From the human T2T-CHM13v2.0 reference genome, Homo sapiens: a stretch of DNA of 64,000 nt. The notes beneath the pieces are model-generated. The model did not search any database and was not told the origin of the DNA. It saw only the letters and a list, made by a program, of their open reading frames with translations. Location: NCBI RefSeq assembly GCF_009914755.1, contig NC_060937.1; one strand, 5' to 3'. This document shows positions 1-17,849 of this stretch, piece after piece. The stretch's first letter is position 1. Every line of letters begins with the position of its first letter. The translations under genes were made by a program, and so were the position numbers.

Positions 1-86
1 GTGGAAGAAAATAACAACTATATTAACCATCTGGTAAAACTTCCAAACTAGTGTTCTCTGGAGATCACAATTGTTAAAGCTTGGTT

Positions 87-610
87 CAATTCATCAGTTA
101 TTTACTGAGCACCTTCTAGATGCCTGACACCATGCTAGGTCCTTTGCATAAAGTGTAACATAGAATTTCTATGGCAGAGGTATGCCCAGCATGCCGTAGA
201 AGCACAGTGAAGCAGCACAGAGCCACCTCTGGGGATTCACTTTCTGAGGGAGCATTAGTTAAAGCAATCTTGCTGTTGTAAAATGCATGGCAGAGAATTA
301 TGGGAGACAATAGTGAAATAAACAAGGCCAGGTCACAAGGCTCTCACATACCATGTAAGGACTGTTAATAGCTGTTAGGGAGTCATGGAAAGGTTTTAAC
401 TGAGGAATAATATCATCTAATGTGTATTCTGAATAGATTAGTCTGGTAGATGTACAGAGGAAATTCAGAGAAGATGTTAAGGTTTCCAACCGGGCATGGC
501 AGTAGTAGTAGTAAGGAGGAGAAATTTTAAAAAACATTTAGAATATAAAATTGGCAGATTGGATGTAGAGCATGAGGGAGAAAGGGGAGTTTCTAGGACT
601 ATTTGCTTAA
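87..610 (-). mobile_element. L2 (LINE-2) remnant
   Basis: ttcaattcat...tatttactgagcacct...tgctaggt L2 3' signature followed by L2-like body sequence. Confidence 0.6.
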
Positions 611-1049
611 TTTGCATCCTATGGAGGAAGAAAGTTTTTAAAAAACTTTACTTCACCCATCAATTCACTAAGCCTATAAATTTCTTATAGAAAAAATAGT
701 TTTATAGGACTGATATGGCAAAAGTACGAGTTAGTTTTAATTCATGTTCTGTTCTTGGTACTAAAGTGGACTTTATGCCACCTTATACAAATGTGACGTA
801 TTTTTAAAAATCCAGATTTGTCAAACAAACAAAGGTAATTATTCTCTTTATAAAATGATTATTTGTTCTAGAAAATAAATCTTTATATGACACTTTTAAA
901 CTGTCAGCTCTAAATATGATTTAATGTACTATTCCTCAGAAACACATTCCTTTTCTAAAAACCGACATACACGTATTTTCAAACTGATTTATTTTTTCCC
1001 AAGATATTTTTATTTTTTTAGAGTAAGTGGCAGATCAGTATTTTCTAGG

Positions 1050-1185
1050 ATTCATTCATTCACTCAGTTAAGAAATACGTGCTGGATTCCTATTCTATGC
1101 CAGACACTATCTTATACTTTTCAGTTATGGCAGAGAATGAAACAGACAAAATATTCTATCCTCATGGAATGTATACTCTAATGGA
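1050..1185 (-). mobile_element. L2 3' end fragment
   Basis: ttcattcattcactca...atgccagacact...cctcatggaat. Confidence 0.6.
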
Positions 1186-1714
1186 TTATACCTTTTTTTG
1201 TTTTAAGAAATAGGATATGCTATTCATTCTGCTAATTTTAAGTATTTCCTGGCACAGTGCTTTGCACATAGCAGGAACTTTCTATAGATTTATTCAGCTA
1301 AATAAATTCTCAAAACCAGAAAGTGACTCCAATAATATGTTGTGTAAATGATTTCACCATTTTTAATTTTCTTATTTATTGTCAGACTCAGAAGAGATGC
1401 CAGACTATGTATTCTTGTTTTTTTTTTTTTTAATAAATTCAGATATACAGTCATTTGTTGGGAGAAAAAGACACTATGATTTGAATACTCCTAATTTCCT
1501 CCCTTAATCTCTCATCAAAGAGTGTGCTGTCTTTGCATCACTTCAAACTCTTCCATACCAATATAAACCAAGTTACCTTGCCTACACAGTTCAGAATTTT
1601 GCAAAGCACTTTCATATACCAAGGGAGGGGAGAAATGTTTAAGCCATTGTTTTTCTAGTATTACCTGTGTGGTGCAGAAGACCGATTAACCACGGCATTT
1701 TCTTTCTCTCTTTC

Positions 1715-2175
1715 CTTCTTAGGAGCAGAATCCAATTTTTGGATAGGCACAATCGCCTCCTAGTAGAAGCTACTACTTTCCCCAGGCTCCCTTGTAGCTG
1801 CATCTGGCCACTATACTATGGACAGTAACATGAGTGAAAGTATTGGGTCAGACTCCAGGAAGGCTGTTGAAAGGCAGGTGATTGATTCGAGGGAAGATCT
1901 TTCTTACCCTTTGGTCTTACCTTTACTCTTTATTCCAGCGTAGAATGCAGACAATATGACTGGGGTTCCAGCAGCCATTTTTGGCTACAAGGTGACCTTG
2001 AGAATAAAGAGTAGAGAGTAGAGACCTATGCCCCTGATGGCATCATAGATCCACAGTATCAGACCTGGTATTCCCTATCTTGTACATGGGAGAGAAAATG
2101 ATTTTGATCTTGTTTTAGTCACTGATATTTTGGGTCTCTGTTTTATCCAGCCAAATCTAATCCTAACAGATACTG
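1715..2175 (+). mobile_element. MLT1-type (ERVL-MaLR) LTR, old subfamily
   Basis: ttccccaggctcccttgtagct...cagcagccattttt...cagccaaatctaatcctaacagatac. Confidence 0.6.
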
Positions 2176-2954
2176 CTTTAGACACTAATCAATGACACCA
2201 GCAAAGAGTTAGACTCCCCCTACTGGAGAAATCTGTTGCTAACTCACTCCTTTTTCCCTTCAAGTGGCTCTTGGCTGTCTTCTAAACCTGGTATCAGTCA
2301 GATTTACATGTAAGGCTGGGGAAAATTTCAGCAAACTGATTTCTTTGTGATCTCACTTGTGGGGTGAGGCGGGGGTCTGGGCTCTCTCACCTCACCAGAC
2401 ACGGGTCTATATATGACCTACTGGCCAGGAAGAAATCAACCACTTCTGGTCAACTTCTGTTTCCTTTTTGTACCTCTGTACAGCTGTAAACAACAACAAA
2501 AAAAGTCTGATAAATCAGCAAACCAGGAAAACCTGGGAACTGCATGCAAAATCTGATTTGTTATTGAGTCTCCCAACATCTACTGGGATGGTGAATTTCT
2601 AGCCAGGTGAATTTCTATCATCGTATTCCCCAGCTTACTATAGACATTCCTAATCAATCCTGACACTCTCGCCTGCTAGGCCCTGATGTGCCTCTGAATC
2701 TTTGTCAATATAACCTATCAGACTAAGGTTCTCTTTGTTTACATGTTAGTGCTTACAAGTGCATTTTATATGACCTCTTTTTAGGTTACTAAGCTCTTGT
2801 TTGGTAATGGTTAGCAACTCAAACAGGATACTGAAATAATATTTGCATTCTCTTCATTTTAATTGGTGGCCAGATGCTTAAAATAAGTTTCACAATGATA
2901 TGTTGTAAAGAACTTGGAAAGAAGGTGGTTAAAACTAGTTTTGTGAGTTAGTCA

Positions 2955-3023
2955 TATATGTGTGTATATATGTGTGTGTGTGTCTGTGTGGCGCATATAT
3001 ATATATATATATATATACACATA
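2955..3023. repeat. Compound (TG)n/(TA)n microsatellite
   Basis: Seen directly. Confidence 0.9.
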
Positions 3024-5310
3024 TTCCAGCAATCTGGAAAACACATAAGAGGTGTGTGAGAGGTCCACCAAGACCTGAGGAGACACATAAAAGAATTCCT
3101 TTAGACAGAACAGTTGCAGAACTAAAGCTCCAGGAATCACGGTGGTTGCTTCCCCTTGCCCTAAGCCAAGTGGGAGAGACTTCAAAGGCCTGCTTGATGA
3201 GTTTCTAATGTGTTTCCTGGAGCTCAGGGACATGGCACTGGTGCAGGACACACACAGAAATTGAAAGGGAGGAGACTGTGGCTATTGGCCTAAGATGGCC
3301 AAGTAAAAAGAACAGACCCAGATCAGCTTAGGCATAAGCAACAAGACCCCAAACAGAGGCAAGGATGTGTCAGCTTTCCCTTGAGTCAGGTGGACCAGAG
3401 GGAGGATCAGGCCTGGGATCATGTTGAGAGGGTTCTCTTTAGGAGGTCTGCTTGGAGATTGAGCCAAATGCTACAAGGGAATCTACTACTGGAGGTGCAG
3501 GGCTTAAGGGAGGGGACAGAAAGTGGCAATTGAAGGAAGCACCACCAGGATGGTGGGAGCTGCAGTGGGAGATTCCTGGTGGGGTGAGTTTGGGACACTC
3601 TTCAAGAAACCCACAAAATTTCCAGAGACAATCGGTCTTGAGCATCCACCAAATCCAAATGACACAATGCCAGATCATGACGCAAGACTGTGCCAGTTTC
3701 TCCTAATCTCCTTTGCCCCTGGAGCACCACTCTGAAAGGGTCAGAAACTACAGCCAGCCAATGGGTGAGCAAGGTGGGACTGCGGGGTGGGGGGTGACAG
3801 ATGCAACTGATCACCACTTCTACCCCACTCTAGGTCTCCTGTCAGACTCAATACTGGTCTCACTTGCTTAAGAGCTTGGAGTGTGGTTATTACACTGGAC
3901 TGGACATTTTGTTGCTGCAATGATACTGCTCTGATGACCAAAAAAGCAGGTAGAGCACTGGGCTCTACCAGAGATTTCATGCAGAGGCAGGGAGGGAACT
4001 GGTCTTTGGTATAAAGGGCCATGAGAGAAAGGACCAAGTTATTCCATTCTGCCTCCCATGCCTCACCCCTGCTTAGGTCCTACCTGCCAAAAAAAAAAAG
4101 CAGGCACATTGCATTCTCCCTCAGTCCCCGTGTGGCCCCTAGGCAATGTGTGAGTCCAGGAACTGGAGCTACCTGTCCCTTTTGAGGGAGTTCCTCCATG
4201 ATTGCCCCTGAATGTGAGAAAGGCTGTTTCCTGACACCTGGAGCATGAGAAGAGTAAGAATCAGTCTACTCAATGTGCCACATCAGTTTTGGAATGTCTG
4301 ACCCCCTTCACAACATTTCAGCAACAACACATGAATTTGTTTGATGACTGGGAAAATCTAAACAAGTTAAATTTTCCACTATGTTTCAAATAAAGAAAGC
4401 TGATGTTAGAAAATTCTGCAGAAGTCAGAGGTGTCTCCAGAATACTACTATGACTAGATTTCTTTTAAGCTGAAACTTCATGAGGCCAATTGGCATATTC
4501 CTCTGGAACTCAGACAAGCCATTTGCCATAATTATAAAAAGCTTAGTGAGAACCATGGGCTTACCTGAAACTGTACAAATAAGTCAGTTTGATTTTCTTC
4601 CTGTACTTTTCTCTAGCTCAATTGCATATAGCTTATGGGTTGTATTCTTTTTTTTTTTTTTTAACTAAAAAGAGATGCACACCAATTGTACTTTTTGATC
4701 CCTGGGTCACTCTTGCTTCTGTCAGACACTTTTAATTTAGGAGTGAGGTAATAAGATGTAAGCATTACCCAAGTAATTTATAGTAATGCAAAATTTGGCT
4801 CAACAAGCAGATCAATAGTCTCCGTAAGGCCTGGGCCAGCTACAGACAGTTTCACAAAGTCATTATCTAATTGGAAATATCTGCTGGGACACCAGATTTC
4901 CCACTGACATTAACTGGGCATTCTCTTAGCCCAGAAAACATGATGATAGATTATCCTTGAAACGGCATTCTGACAAGGGCATTTCTCTGTAACATCAGGC
5001 GTCACAGAACAAATTGCCTAATTGGAACTTTACAATTTTATTTTCCTTTTCTGTTTGGCAATACACCAAAAAGAGACTCGGAAATGATCTATGGTATTCC
5101 TTTTGTCAAAGCTCAAAGAACTCTTAACTGTTCTTGTATTTTGATTCCACCTGAATTCCTCTCATGATGATGCTACAGGTGTTTATCATCATCACTATTA
5201 GGTTTATCTCCTTGTCCCCCACTCTATACAGGGCAAATGGAATTACCGCTATTTGTAGTCTTCAGCGGACACAAGTGTAAAAGATGTCCTGTGTAAGACA
5301 AATAAGTTTA

Positions 5311-5633
<323 letters not shown>

Positions 5634-6695
5634 GGGGAAAACAGTATTACCTTAAAAAGGTGACGGAATGCTGTTAAGCACTGTCCCAACTTGAGGGTCT
5701 AAATTTTGCTCATTTCACTAGGATTCCTGCCCCAAGCACAGGACAGGGAACTCTGAGAACACTAAGCTATGAGGGCCCCCTTTGGGTTTGTAGATATCTT
5801 GGGAAGTTGTCCACATGAGGAAGGCTGGGCAGAAGCATGCCTTGTGGCATTGCTTGGGGTCACTTTTGCTAGTCAGTCAACTGGTGAGGCAGAGGGCTGG
5901 GTGGAGCCGAGGTTCATGTATAGGGTGGAGGAGGAGAGGGAGATCTCCACATGCGTGAAGGCTGGGTGGTCAGCCACGAACACACTACTCAAGGCAGCTC
6001 CTGGGCGTGTGAGAGGGGGACCCTGCATTAGGCTTCCTATGAGTCTGCCCTTCCCAACACCCTGACCCACTCCTGCACTGCATGGACAGCCTCTTTCCCC
6101 ATTCTGACAATTCCCTCTCGCTCAGGTGTCAGAAAACTAGGTCTCCATCCCACAACCACTGGTGCATCTCCCTCCTCTCTATCCTATGGGTTCCATTGCA
6201 TGCCCTTCTCACAGCTTTCCTAAACAGCTGTATTCTCTTTTCATTCACAATAGAGCTTGAGTTGCTCATCTACACCACAGCCCAATCATGGCTAGCCCAA
6301 AACAATCTGGACCCCCTTTCCTTAAGAACCAAGAAGCTTCCATTTTCAAAGCCCTTGAAAACTTTCAAATAGACTCAGATCCTAGTTCTACAAGAAAGCC
6401 CACTGTGAAGGCTGATAAGCCCACACTAACCACACAATTCCAGGTAACAGAGTCCACCCTAGAATGTTCCCTCAGAAGCACACTGTATGCCCCCAAAGCA
6501 ATCCATAAAAATAACACGTGGAGTTTTCCTATATCAAAGATGTCCTTAACTGTTCTTATAACTCTGAACTAAATTGTGATCTCCAATTTACATAACTTTC
6601 AGACGTCTTAAGAGACCTATTCCAGAGCTTAATGGGAAGTGGGTGGGTGGAAAGCTCACAAGACAGCCAGAGCTCTTTTCAAATGGTTTTATGTT

Positions 6696-7611
<916 letters not shown>

Positions 7612-7684
7612 CTAAATTTCTATGCCATGATGCTGTAATAATTTTTGCCTAAAAATATTTTTACTTTTTTATTAATAATGATGT

Positions 7685-7810
7685 CTTACATTTGTCGGGC
7701 ACACACTGTGCCAGTTATCCATGATCTAATTCTCACATCACTTTATGAAATGGTTCCTATTAATATCTCTGTTTTATAGGTCAGTAAACTGAAGCAAGTA
7801 GAGTTAAGAA
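7685..7810 (-). mobile_element. MIR
   Basis: Core resembling gttttatagg...aaactgaagc...agagttaag. Confidence 0.6.
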
Positions 7811-7822
7811 AAAGTGGATTCT

Positions 7823-8113
7823 GGCTGGGCACGGTGGCTCACGCCTGTAAACCCAGCACTTTGGGAGGCCAAGGCGGGTCGATCGGTCAGTAGTTCGAGA
7901 CCAGCCTGGCCAATATGGTGAAACCCCGTCTCTACTAAAAATACAAAAATTAGCTGGGTGTGGTGGTGGGCACCTGTAATCCCGGCTGCTTAGGAGGCTG
8001 AGGCAGGAGAATTGCTTGAAACCAGAAGGCAGAGGTTGCAGTGAGCCAAGATCGCACCACTGCACTCCAGCCTGGGCAAAAGAGTGAAACTCCGTCTCAA
8101 AAAAAAAAAAAAG
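7823..8113 (+). mobile_element. AluS
   Basis: Full dimer, TSD ~aaagtggattc. Confidence 0.93.
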
Positions 8114-9410
8114 AGTGGATTCCACACAGTGTAATTTCAAGGTTATAAATGTAAGCATGTTTAAGGCTTTTCATACGAGAAGCCAATTTGTTTTCTGAAA
8201 ACTGTGTTCCTGCTAGTGTACATTCCTGGCAGGCTACACACTTGTTCTTCCCACTACACAATCATCGAGACATTGAGAATTGTCTTCTGAAATATTTAAT
8301 ACTTTCATATGGGAAAATGGTGTCTTCTTGTGGTTATTTTAATTGTCTTTGTTTTAAATTCTCTGTTTTCCAATGGTTCAATTTTCTAGTCCTTCTGAGT
8401 TTTGTAGGCAGTAAGCATGGCATAAATCCTAAATAAATAGAGGAAATGCTTCACTATTTTTCCTGGAACTGGACTTAGCTATTTTATTTTTAAAAGGAAA
8501 GAAAAACCTAGAAAAGGGAAAATCTACAAGTGTCAGACCCTCCCACACTTCTATGGTTTGTTCCAGAAAAAGGAACAGCTTCTTTACTCTGAGGAACCAG
8601 AAAGAAGCTTGCTCTGTTCCTCTTCTCAACAGCCAGAGCTTCAGCGCTAGCACCTGTGTTATCAAGAGAAGCTGAGTCCAGAACACGTGATGGGAAGCAT
8701 GTGGGTATGTATGTGTCAAAGCTGCTTTGAGCCTCACTCTGTGCTTTTTCTCTTCTTCTAACAAATTCATCACCGGTGTTATTGTGTCAGTGCATGCTGA
8801 GAATTTTATGCAACTTAGTGTATATCTGATTATCAAGCATTCAAATCCCAACATCTGTGCTCAAATATAAGGAAATAGGTCAAACAGAGACGCCTCCTCC
8901 TGCTGCAACGCCTTTCACACTGCGTCAAAGAGTTGCATCAAACAGGATGATCAGTGTTGCAAGGTGTGGAGACCACAAACTGTCTGCCACCACTGCCAGG
9001 CACCATGTAACCTCAATTCTTCCCTGGCAAATAGTGTCTGACACAGTGCAAAAGGGCAGCACTGTTAGAAAGACTGCAGCTCTAACTAAAACTGATGATC
9101 AAGCAAGAGGAAAAAATCCGATTATCAGCTATTTTAGAGTACATTTAAATTCCCAAGTGCAATGACCCCTAAATGCAAACCATTGTTTTTGACCAGCTAT
9201 GACTAAAACAGCTAAAAAGGATTGAGAAACAGCAAGAGAGAAACTATGCCCTCTAAAGAAGCAGACTTCCTGCCTTGGCTAGCTTGTGTTAGAGCAGATT
9301 CTGCCAAATAATACCACTATAAAACGTGTCTTCAAAAAAGCTGTATCTTCCAAAAGATGATGTAACAGTTGCTCTAGGGAGGCAATAGCAATGTTCAGAT
9401 GAATGGTGAA

Positions 9411-9875
9411 TTCCTTTCCTATTGCTGCTCTAACAAATTACCACAAATCAGTGGCTTAAAACAAAACAGCTTTATTACTGCACAGTTTTGGAGGTCTGAA
9501 GTCTGAAATGGGTTTCACTAGGTACAAGTCCAGGTGTCAGCAGGGGTGTGTTCCAGCTTCTAGAGGCTTCCTGCATTCCTTCGCTCATGGCCTCACTCCT
9601 CCATCTTCTAAGCCAGCAATGTCAGGCTGAGCCTTCCTCATGCTGCCGCCTTTCTGATTCTTTCTCTCCTGCCTCTCTCTTATAAGGAACATTGTGATGA
9701 CATTGGACCCACCCAGATGACCCCAGATAGTCTCACCATCTCAAGGTCAGCTGATTATCAACCTTAATTCAGTCTGGAACCTCAAGTCTCCCATTGCCAT
9801 GTGACATAACATAGTCACAGGTTCCAAGGATTAGGATGTAGATATCTTTGGGGGGCTATTATTCTCCCTATCACA
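9411..9875 (-). mobile_element. MLT1 (C/D-like) LTR
   Basis: ctattgctgctctaacaaattaccacaaa...gtcacaggttccaaggattagga...tattctccctatcaca. Confidence 0.8.
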
Positions 9876-10795
9876 AAAGGGAACACCAGAGTCTTCAGTT
9901 TAGCAATCTTCAAGGAATGTTGACAAAGCAAGAATCTGAGGCTTTGAGAATGTAGGTAATTTTCCCGAAGACATTCTGCAAGTAGGAGATAGAGCTGGAA
10001 CATGACCAGATCTGTCTGCCAAGTAAGCCCAGGCTCATCCTCCACACGCTGCCCCCATCAGGAGGCAACCTGGCCCCTTCTACTGAATCTCTACATCAGA
10101 TGGAGCCTGCATATGACTCAGCAGAAACCTCAGAGGAAATTCTGCTTCCTTCAGGAATTTCAGGGCATGGTGGTGATTGGAAAGAGTCAGGACAGTTGGC
10201 CTTTACTTCATATTGCATCACAACCACTAAGTGGCTTTGGGAAGTTTGCTAAAACTTTCAGGTTCTAAGGATCCTCGGCTGTGAAACCAGGAACTTGGAC
10301 TAGATGGTGTCTAAGACATCTTTCAGTTCTAAAATTCTATAATTGAATGGTCTTATGGGTAAAACCACTTTGCTGCAGAACAGTGCCACTCAGAGCATAG
10401 TTTGTCGACCTCTGTCAGTCCAGAGTATTCGGTACCTGTCCATGACAAGATAAGGAGCTTAAGCCAAAATGTTAACCAACTACATCAGTAAGTGCACTGT
10501 TCAGTACTGCTGCCATTTGATTTTTTGTAGCAAGGCTTTCGTGGTGAAGGAAGCAGTGTGTTGATTTACTTCCTGGCATAATCTTCTTATCTCATTGCAG
10601 ATTGTTAGCAAATAGTTCCTGGATGAGATTCTGAATAATGCTGATGTAGAAAAAACATTAAAGTTCAGAGGTGAATATGTGCTTAATATCTGAAAATTTT
10701 TAGAGAATGACAGCTGGTTGTTCTTGCCTCACAGAAAGGAATAGTATCCAGTAAGTATTTGTAAAAATACAAATGATGAAACTATCTTTGGGATC

Positions 10796-11525
<730 letters not shown>

Positions 11526-11534
11526 AAATGCTGG

Positions 11535-11803
11535 TAGAACAATTTGTATTCCTTTGGGTATATACCCAGTAATGGAATTGCTGGGTCAAATTGTAGCTCT
11601 GTTTTTAGCTCTTTGAGCAATCACCACACTGGTTTCCACAATGGTTGAACTAATTAACACTCCCACCAAGAGTATATAAGAATTCCCTTTTCTCTGCAAC
11701 CTCACCAGCATCTGTTATTTTTTGACTTATTGATAATAGCCAATCTGACCAGTGTGAGATGACATCTCATTGTTGTTTTGATTCGCATTTCTCTAATTAG
11801 TAG
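11535..11803 (-). mobile_element. L1 (older L1PA/L1PB) fragment
   Basis: gggtatatacccagtaatggaattgctgggtcaaat...ttccacaatggttgaactaatt. Confidence 0.8.
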
Positions 11804-12274
11804 TGCATTCTTCTTTCTATTAGTAAGTACAACAAAGTTTTTACCTCAATAGCCTCATGGCCCAGTCAGGACTGCTTTATCTCAAAAAGCAAAGCAGAAA
11901 CTACAGCTATTATGAAGTCAATGACAGTAGCATTGTTTACCCCCAGGCAAATAGATTTCTTATTGCTGAGAGCATACCCACCTCCTCCAACACACACACA
12001 CACACACATACAGGATATGGATTAAGTTGAATGGTTCAAGTGTTTTATGTTTTCATAGCCACACTCCACTTCCAATAACTTACAAAGTCCTGTCAGTTCT
12101 ACCTCCACCTCTTACATGTCTCTCCAATGTCTCTGGTTCCACTGCCACTATTCCATTCCAGGCCATCATTATCTCTCATCTGGACAATTGTGATAATTTA
12201 CTAAGTGGTATGGCCATATACATCAACTCTTCCCCCACTCTAGCTAGCTTGCTATATAATTCTACAAAAGTCAG

Positions 12275-12658
<384 letters not shown>

Positions 12659-13679
12659 TCAGTAGTCACAAAGGAGAGAAAAAAAGGAATCAAACTTTAT
12701 CACTACAGAAAATGACCAAACTGCAAAAATAAACAATGAGAAGAAGTAAGGAATAAGTAATATGCAAAACAACCAGAAAACAATCTATAAAATGATAAGA
12801 GTAAGTCTTTACCTATCAATAATAACTGTGAATGTAAATGTATTAAATTACTCAGTTAAAAGACATAGGTTGGCCAAATTGAAAAAAAAGTAAGACCCAA
12901 CTATATGCTGCCTACAAGACACTCACTTCACCTGTAAATACAAGCTTTATGTGAAGGGATAGAAAAAGATATGTCATGAAAATGGAAACCAAAAGCAAGG
13001 AGGAGTAGCCATGCCTATGTCAGATAAAACAAACTTTAATTCAAAAGCTATAAACAGAAACAAGGGACATTATATAATAATACAGGGATCAATTCAGCAA
13101 GGACATATAACAACTGTATATATATGCAGTCAATACTGGATAGTCTAGATATATAAAGCAAATTATTAGATCTAAAGGGAGATTCAGACTCCAATACAAC
13201 AGTAGCTGTGCATTATAACATCTCACAGCATTAGACATATCATCTAGACAAAATTTAACAAAAAAACATTGGAATTAAATAGCATCATAGATCAAATGGA
13301 CCTAGCAGACATTTACAGAATATTTCACCCAATAGCTAAATAAGACACATTTTTTCCATCAGCACATGGAATAGTTGGAATATTCCATGTGTTTGGAAAC
13401 AAAACAAGTTTAAATTTTTAAAAAATTGAAGTCATATCAAGTATCTTTTCTGACTACTGGAATAAAACTACACATCAATAACAAGAGGAACATTTGAAAC
13501 TATACAAATACATGAAAATTAAACAACATGCTCCTGAATGACCAATGAGTAAAGAAAGAAATTAAAAAGAGAACTTTTTAAATTCTTGCAATAAATGAAA
13601 ATAGCAACATAACCTGTCAAAACAAATGGGAGGCAACAAAAGCAGGATTAAGAGGCAAGTTTATAGCAGTAAATAGCTA

Positions 13680-14021
<342 letters not shown>

Positions 14022-14781
14022 CTAATGATGCATCTCAAAGAAAAGCAAGAACAAATCAAACTTTAAATTATAAGGAAAGCAATAATGAAGATCAGAGCAG
14101 AAATAAAATTGAGACATAAAAATAATACAAAAGAAAAATGAAACAAAAATCTGATTTTTAAAAAAGATAAACAAAATTGGCAAGCCATTAGCTAGATAAA
14201 CTATGAAAAAAAGAAAGAAGACCCAAATAAACAAGATCAGAAAAGTAGACATCACAACTGATACCACAGAAATACAAATGGTCATTGGAGACTACTATGA
14301 ACAACTATATGCTAATAAATTTTAAAACCTAGAGGAAATATAGAAATTCCTGGACATATATAACCTATCAAAATTGAGCCAAGAAGAAATAGAAAGTCTG
14401 AACATACCAATAATGAGTAACAATATTGTATCAGCAATAAAAAGTCTCCTTAAAAAGAAAAGTCCAGGACTGGATGGCTTCACAGCTGAATTCTGCCAGA
14501 CTTTTAAAGAAGACTTAAGACTGCTTCTTCTCAAACTATTTTAAAAAATTGAAAGGCAGAAAATTCTTCCAAACTCATTCTAAAACGCAAACATAACTCT
14601 GATACCAAAACTAGGTAAGGACACAACAAAAACTACAGACCAGTGTCCATAATGAACATAGATGCAAAAATTTTGAACATAATACTATCAGGCTGAATCT
14701 AGCAGCATGTCAAAAACATCATACACCATGACCAAGTGGGGCATTTATTCCAGGGATGCAAGGATGGTTCAACATATGTAA

Positions 14782-15091
<310 letters not shown>

Positions 15092-17849
15092 AACATGTGC
15101 AAATGTTGATTGAGCTCAATAAATGTGATAAATTACAGCAACACAATGAAGGGCAAAAACCATATGGCCATCTCAATAGATGCAGAAAAAGCATTTGATA
15201 AAATTCAACATCGCTTTATAATAAAAATTTAGTAAATTAAGTATAGAAGGAAAGTACCTTAAAACAATAAAGGCTGTATATAATATACCCACAGCTAACA
15301 TCATACTGAATGGAGAAAAATTGAAAGCTTTCCTCTAAGCACTGGAACAAGACAAGGATGCTCACTCTCACCACTCTTATTCAATATAGTACTGGAAGTT
15401 CTAGCTAAAGCAATTAGGCAAGAAAAGGAAATAAAAGGCATTCAGACTGGAAATGAGAGAGTCAAATTACCCTTATTTCCAGATGATATAGTCTTATATA
15501 TTTAACAACCTAGAGAGCCTACCAAAAAAAAATTTTGGAAATGATAAGCAAATTCAGTGAAAGTGTAGCATACAAAAATCAACATACAAAATCCACTAGT
15601 ACTTCTATACACAAACAACAAACTACCTGAAAAAGAAATCAAGACAGCAATCCCATTTACAATAACTACAAAGAAAATCAAATACCTCAGAATAAATTTA
15701 ACCAATGAAATGAGAGATCTCTATAAGAAAAATTATAAAATACTTATGAAAGAAATTGAAGAGAACATTTAAAAAATGGGAAGACATTCCATGTTCATGG
15801 ATTAGAAGAATTATTATTGCTAAAATGACCATACTACCCAAATCTACAGATACAATGCAATCTCTATTAAAATGCCAATGACATTCTTCACAGAAATAGA
15901 AAAAATAATTCTAAAATGTATATGGAACCACAAAAGACCCTGAATAACCAAAGCAATCCTTAACAAAATGTACAAAGCTGGAGATATCACACTACCAGAC
16001 ACTAAAAAATACTACAAAACTATAGTGGCCAAAACAGCATGGTACTGGCATAAAACCAGAGAGACCAGTGGAACAGAATAGAGAACCTAGAAATTAATCC
16101 ACATATCTACAGCCAGCTGATTGTTGAGGAAAGCGCCAAAAATATTCACTGGAGAAAGACAGTCTCTTCAATAAATGGTGCTGGGAAAACAGAATTTCCA
16201 TATGCAGATGGAAAAAGATTAGGGTCCCACCTCTCACCCTATATAAATATCAACTCAAAATAGATCAAAGACCTAAATGGAAGACCTGAAACTATAAAAC
16301 TTATAGAAGAAAACAATGGAGAAACACTTCAGGACATTGGTCTGGGTAAAGATTGTATAAATAAGACTTCAAAAGCACAGTCAACAAAAACAAGAATAAA
16401 CATCTGAGATTATATCATACTAAAAATCTTCTACATGGCAAAGGAAATAATCAACAGTGAAGAGACAGCCTACAAAATGGGATACAATATTTGCAAACTA
16501 TTCATCAACAGGGGATTCATATCCAGAATATATAAGGAACTCAAACATCTCAGCAACAAAAATCCCTTAAACAATCTAATCAATAAATGAGCAAATGATC
16601 TCAATAGACATTGCTCAAAAGAAGACATACAAATGGCCAACAAATTTGTTAAAAAAAAAAGTTTAACTAATTTAATTAGTTTAATTCCTCTGATTAGGGA
16701 AATGCAAATCAAACCCAGTGAAGTATCATCTCACCCAGTTAGAATAGCTATTATCAAAAAGACAAAAGATAACAAATGCTGGTAAGGATGAGGAGAAAAG
16801 GGAACTCATATACACTGTCAGCAGGAATGCAAACTTGTCCAGCCACTATGGAGAACAGTATGGAGATTCCTCAAAAAACTTCAAACAGAACTAACATATG
16901 ATCCAGCAGTCTCGCTACTGGGTATTTAACCGAAGGAAAGGAAGTTAGTATACTGATGAGACATCTGCACCCCCATGTTTATTGCAGCACTATTCACAGT
17001 AGCCAAGATATGGAATCGACCTAGATGTACAACAGCAGATGAATGGATAAAGAAAATGTGGCATATATACGTAATGGAATACATTCAGCCATAAGAAGAA
17101 TGAGATCCAGTCCTTTGTGGCAACATGGACGGAACTGGAGGACATTATGTTAAATAAAATAAGCCAGAAACAGAAAGTTAAATACCACAGTCATATGTGG
17201 TATTTCTCACTCTTATGTGGAAGCTGAAAAAAAGTTGATCTCACAGATGTAAAAAGCAGAACAGAGGTTACTAGAGGAAAGAAAAGAGGGGGAGAGGGAG
17301 AGACTTGTTAAAGAACGTGAAATTATAGCCAGATAGGAGGAACAAGTTCTAGCGTTTTACAGCAGTATAGGATGACTCTAGTTAACATATGTTACATATT
17401 TTCAAATAGCTAGAAGACAGGATTTTGAATGTTCCCAATGCAAATAAGTCATAAATGTTTGAAATAACAGATATGCTACTTACTCTGATCTAATCACTAC
17501 ACATCATATATATCAAAATATCACTAGGTACTCCATAAGTATGTACAATTATTATGTGTTAATTAAAAATAAATAAACATGTCTTTTGAATAAAATGTTT
17601 TTAAATACTTAATAAAATACAGTTTATGTTGTAAAAAGTTATTCAGTGGGTTTCCAACACCTTTTCTCAGCATGATTGGTCTGGTTCCAGCTCGGCCTCA
17701 TCTGGCCTCATCTCATGCCACTCTCATCTCACAGTCTGTGACTGCATCTTTCTGGTTTTCTTCCAGTTCCTCACATGGGCCACACTTTTCCAGTTTCCGG
17801 ACCTTTACACATGCTGGAATCATGCCTCCACTAACTAATTTTCTTTTTT

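Noticed and set aside
3282-4037. Cluster of overlapping short ORFs in higher-GC sequence
   Set aside because: No recognisable protein similarity or exon chain; more likely an old LTR-like repeat that I could not name.
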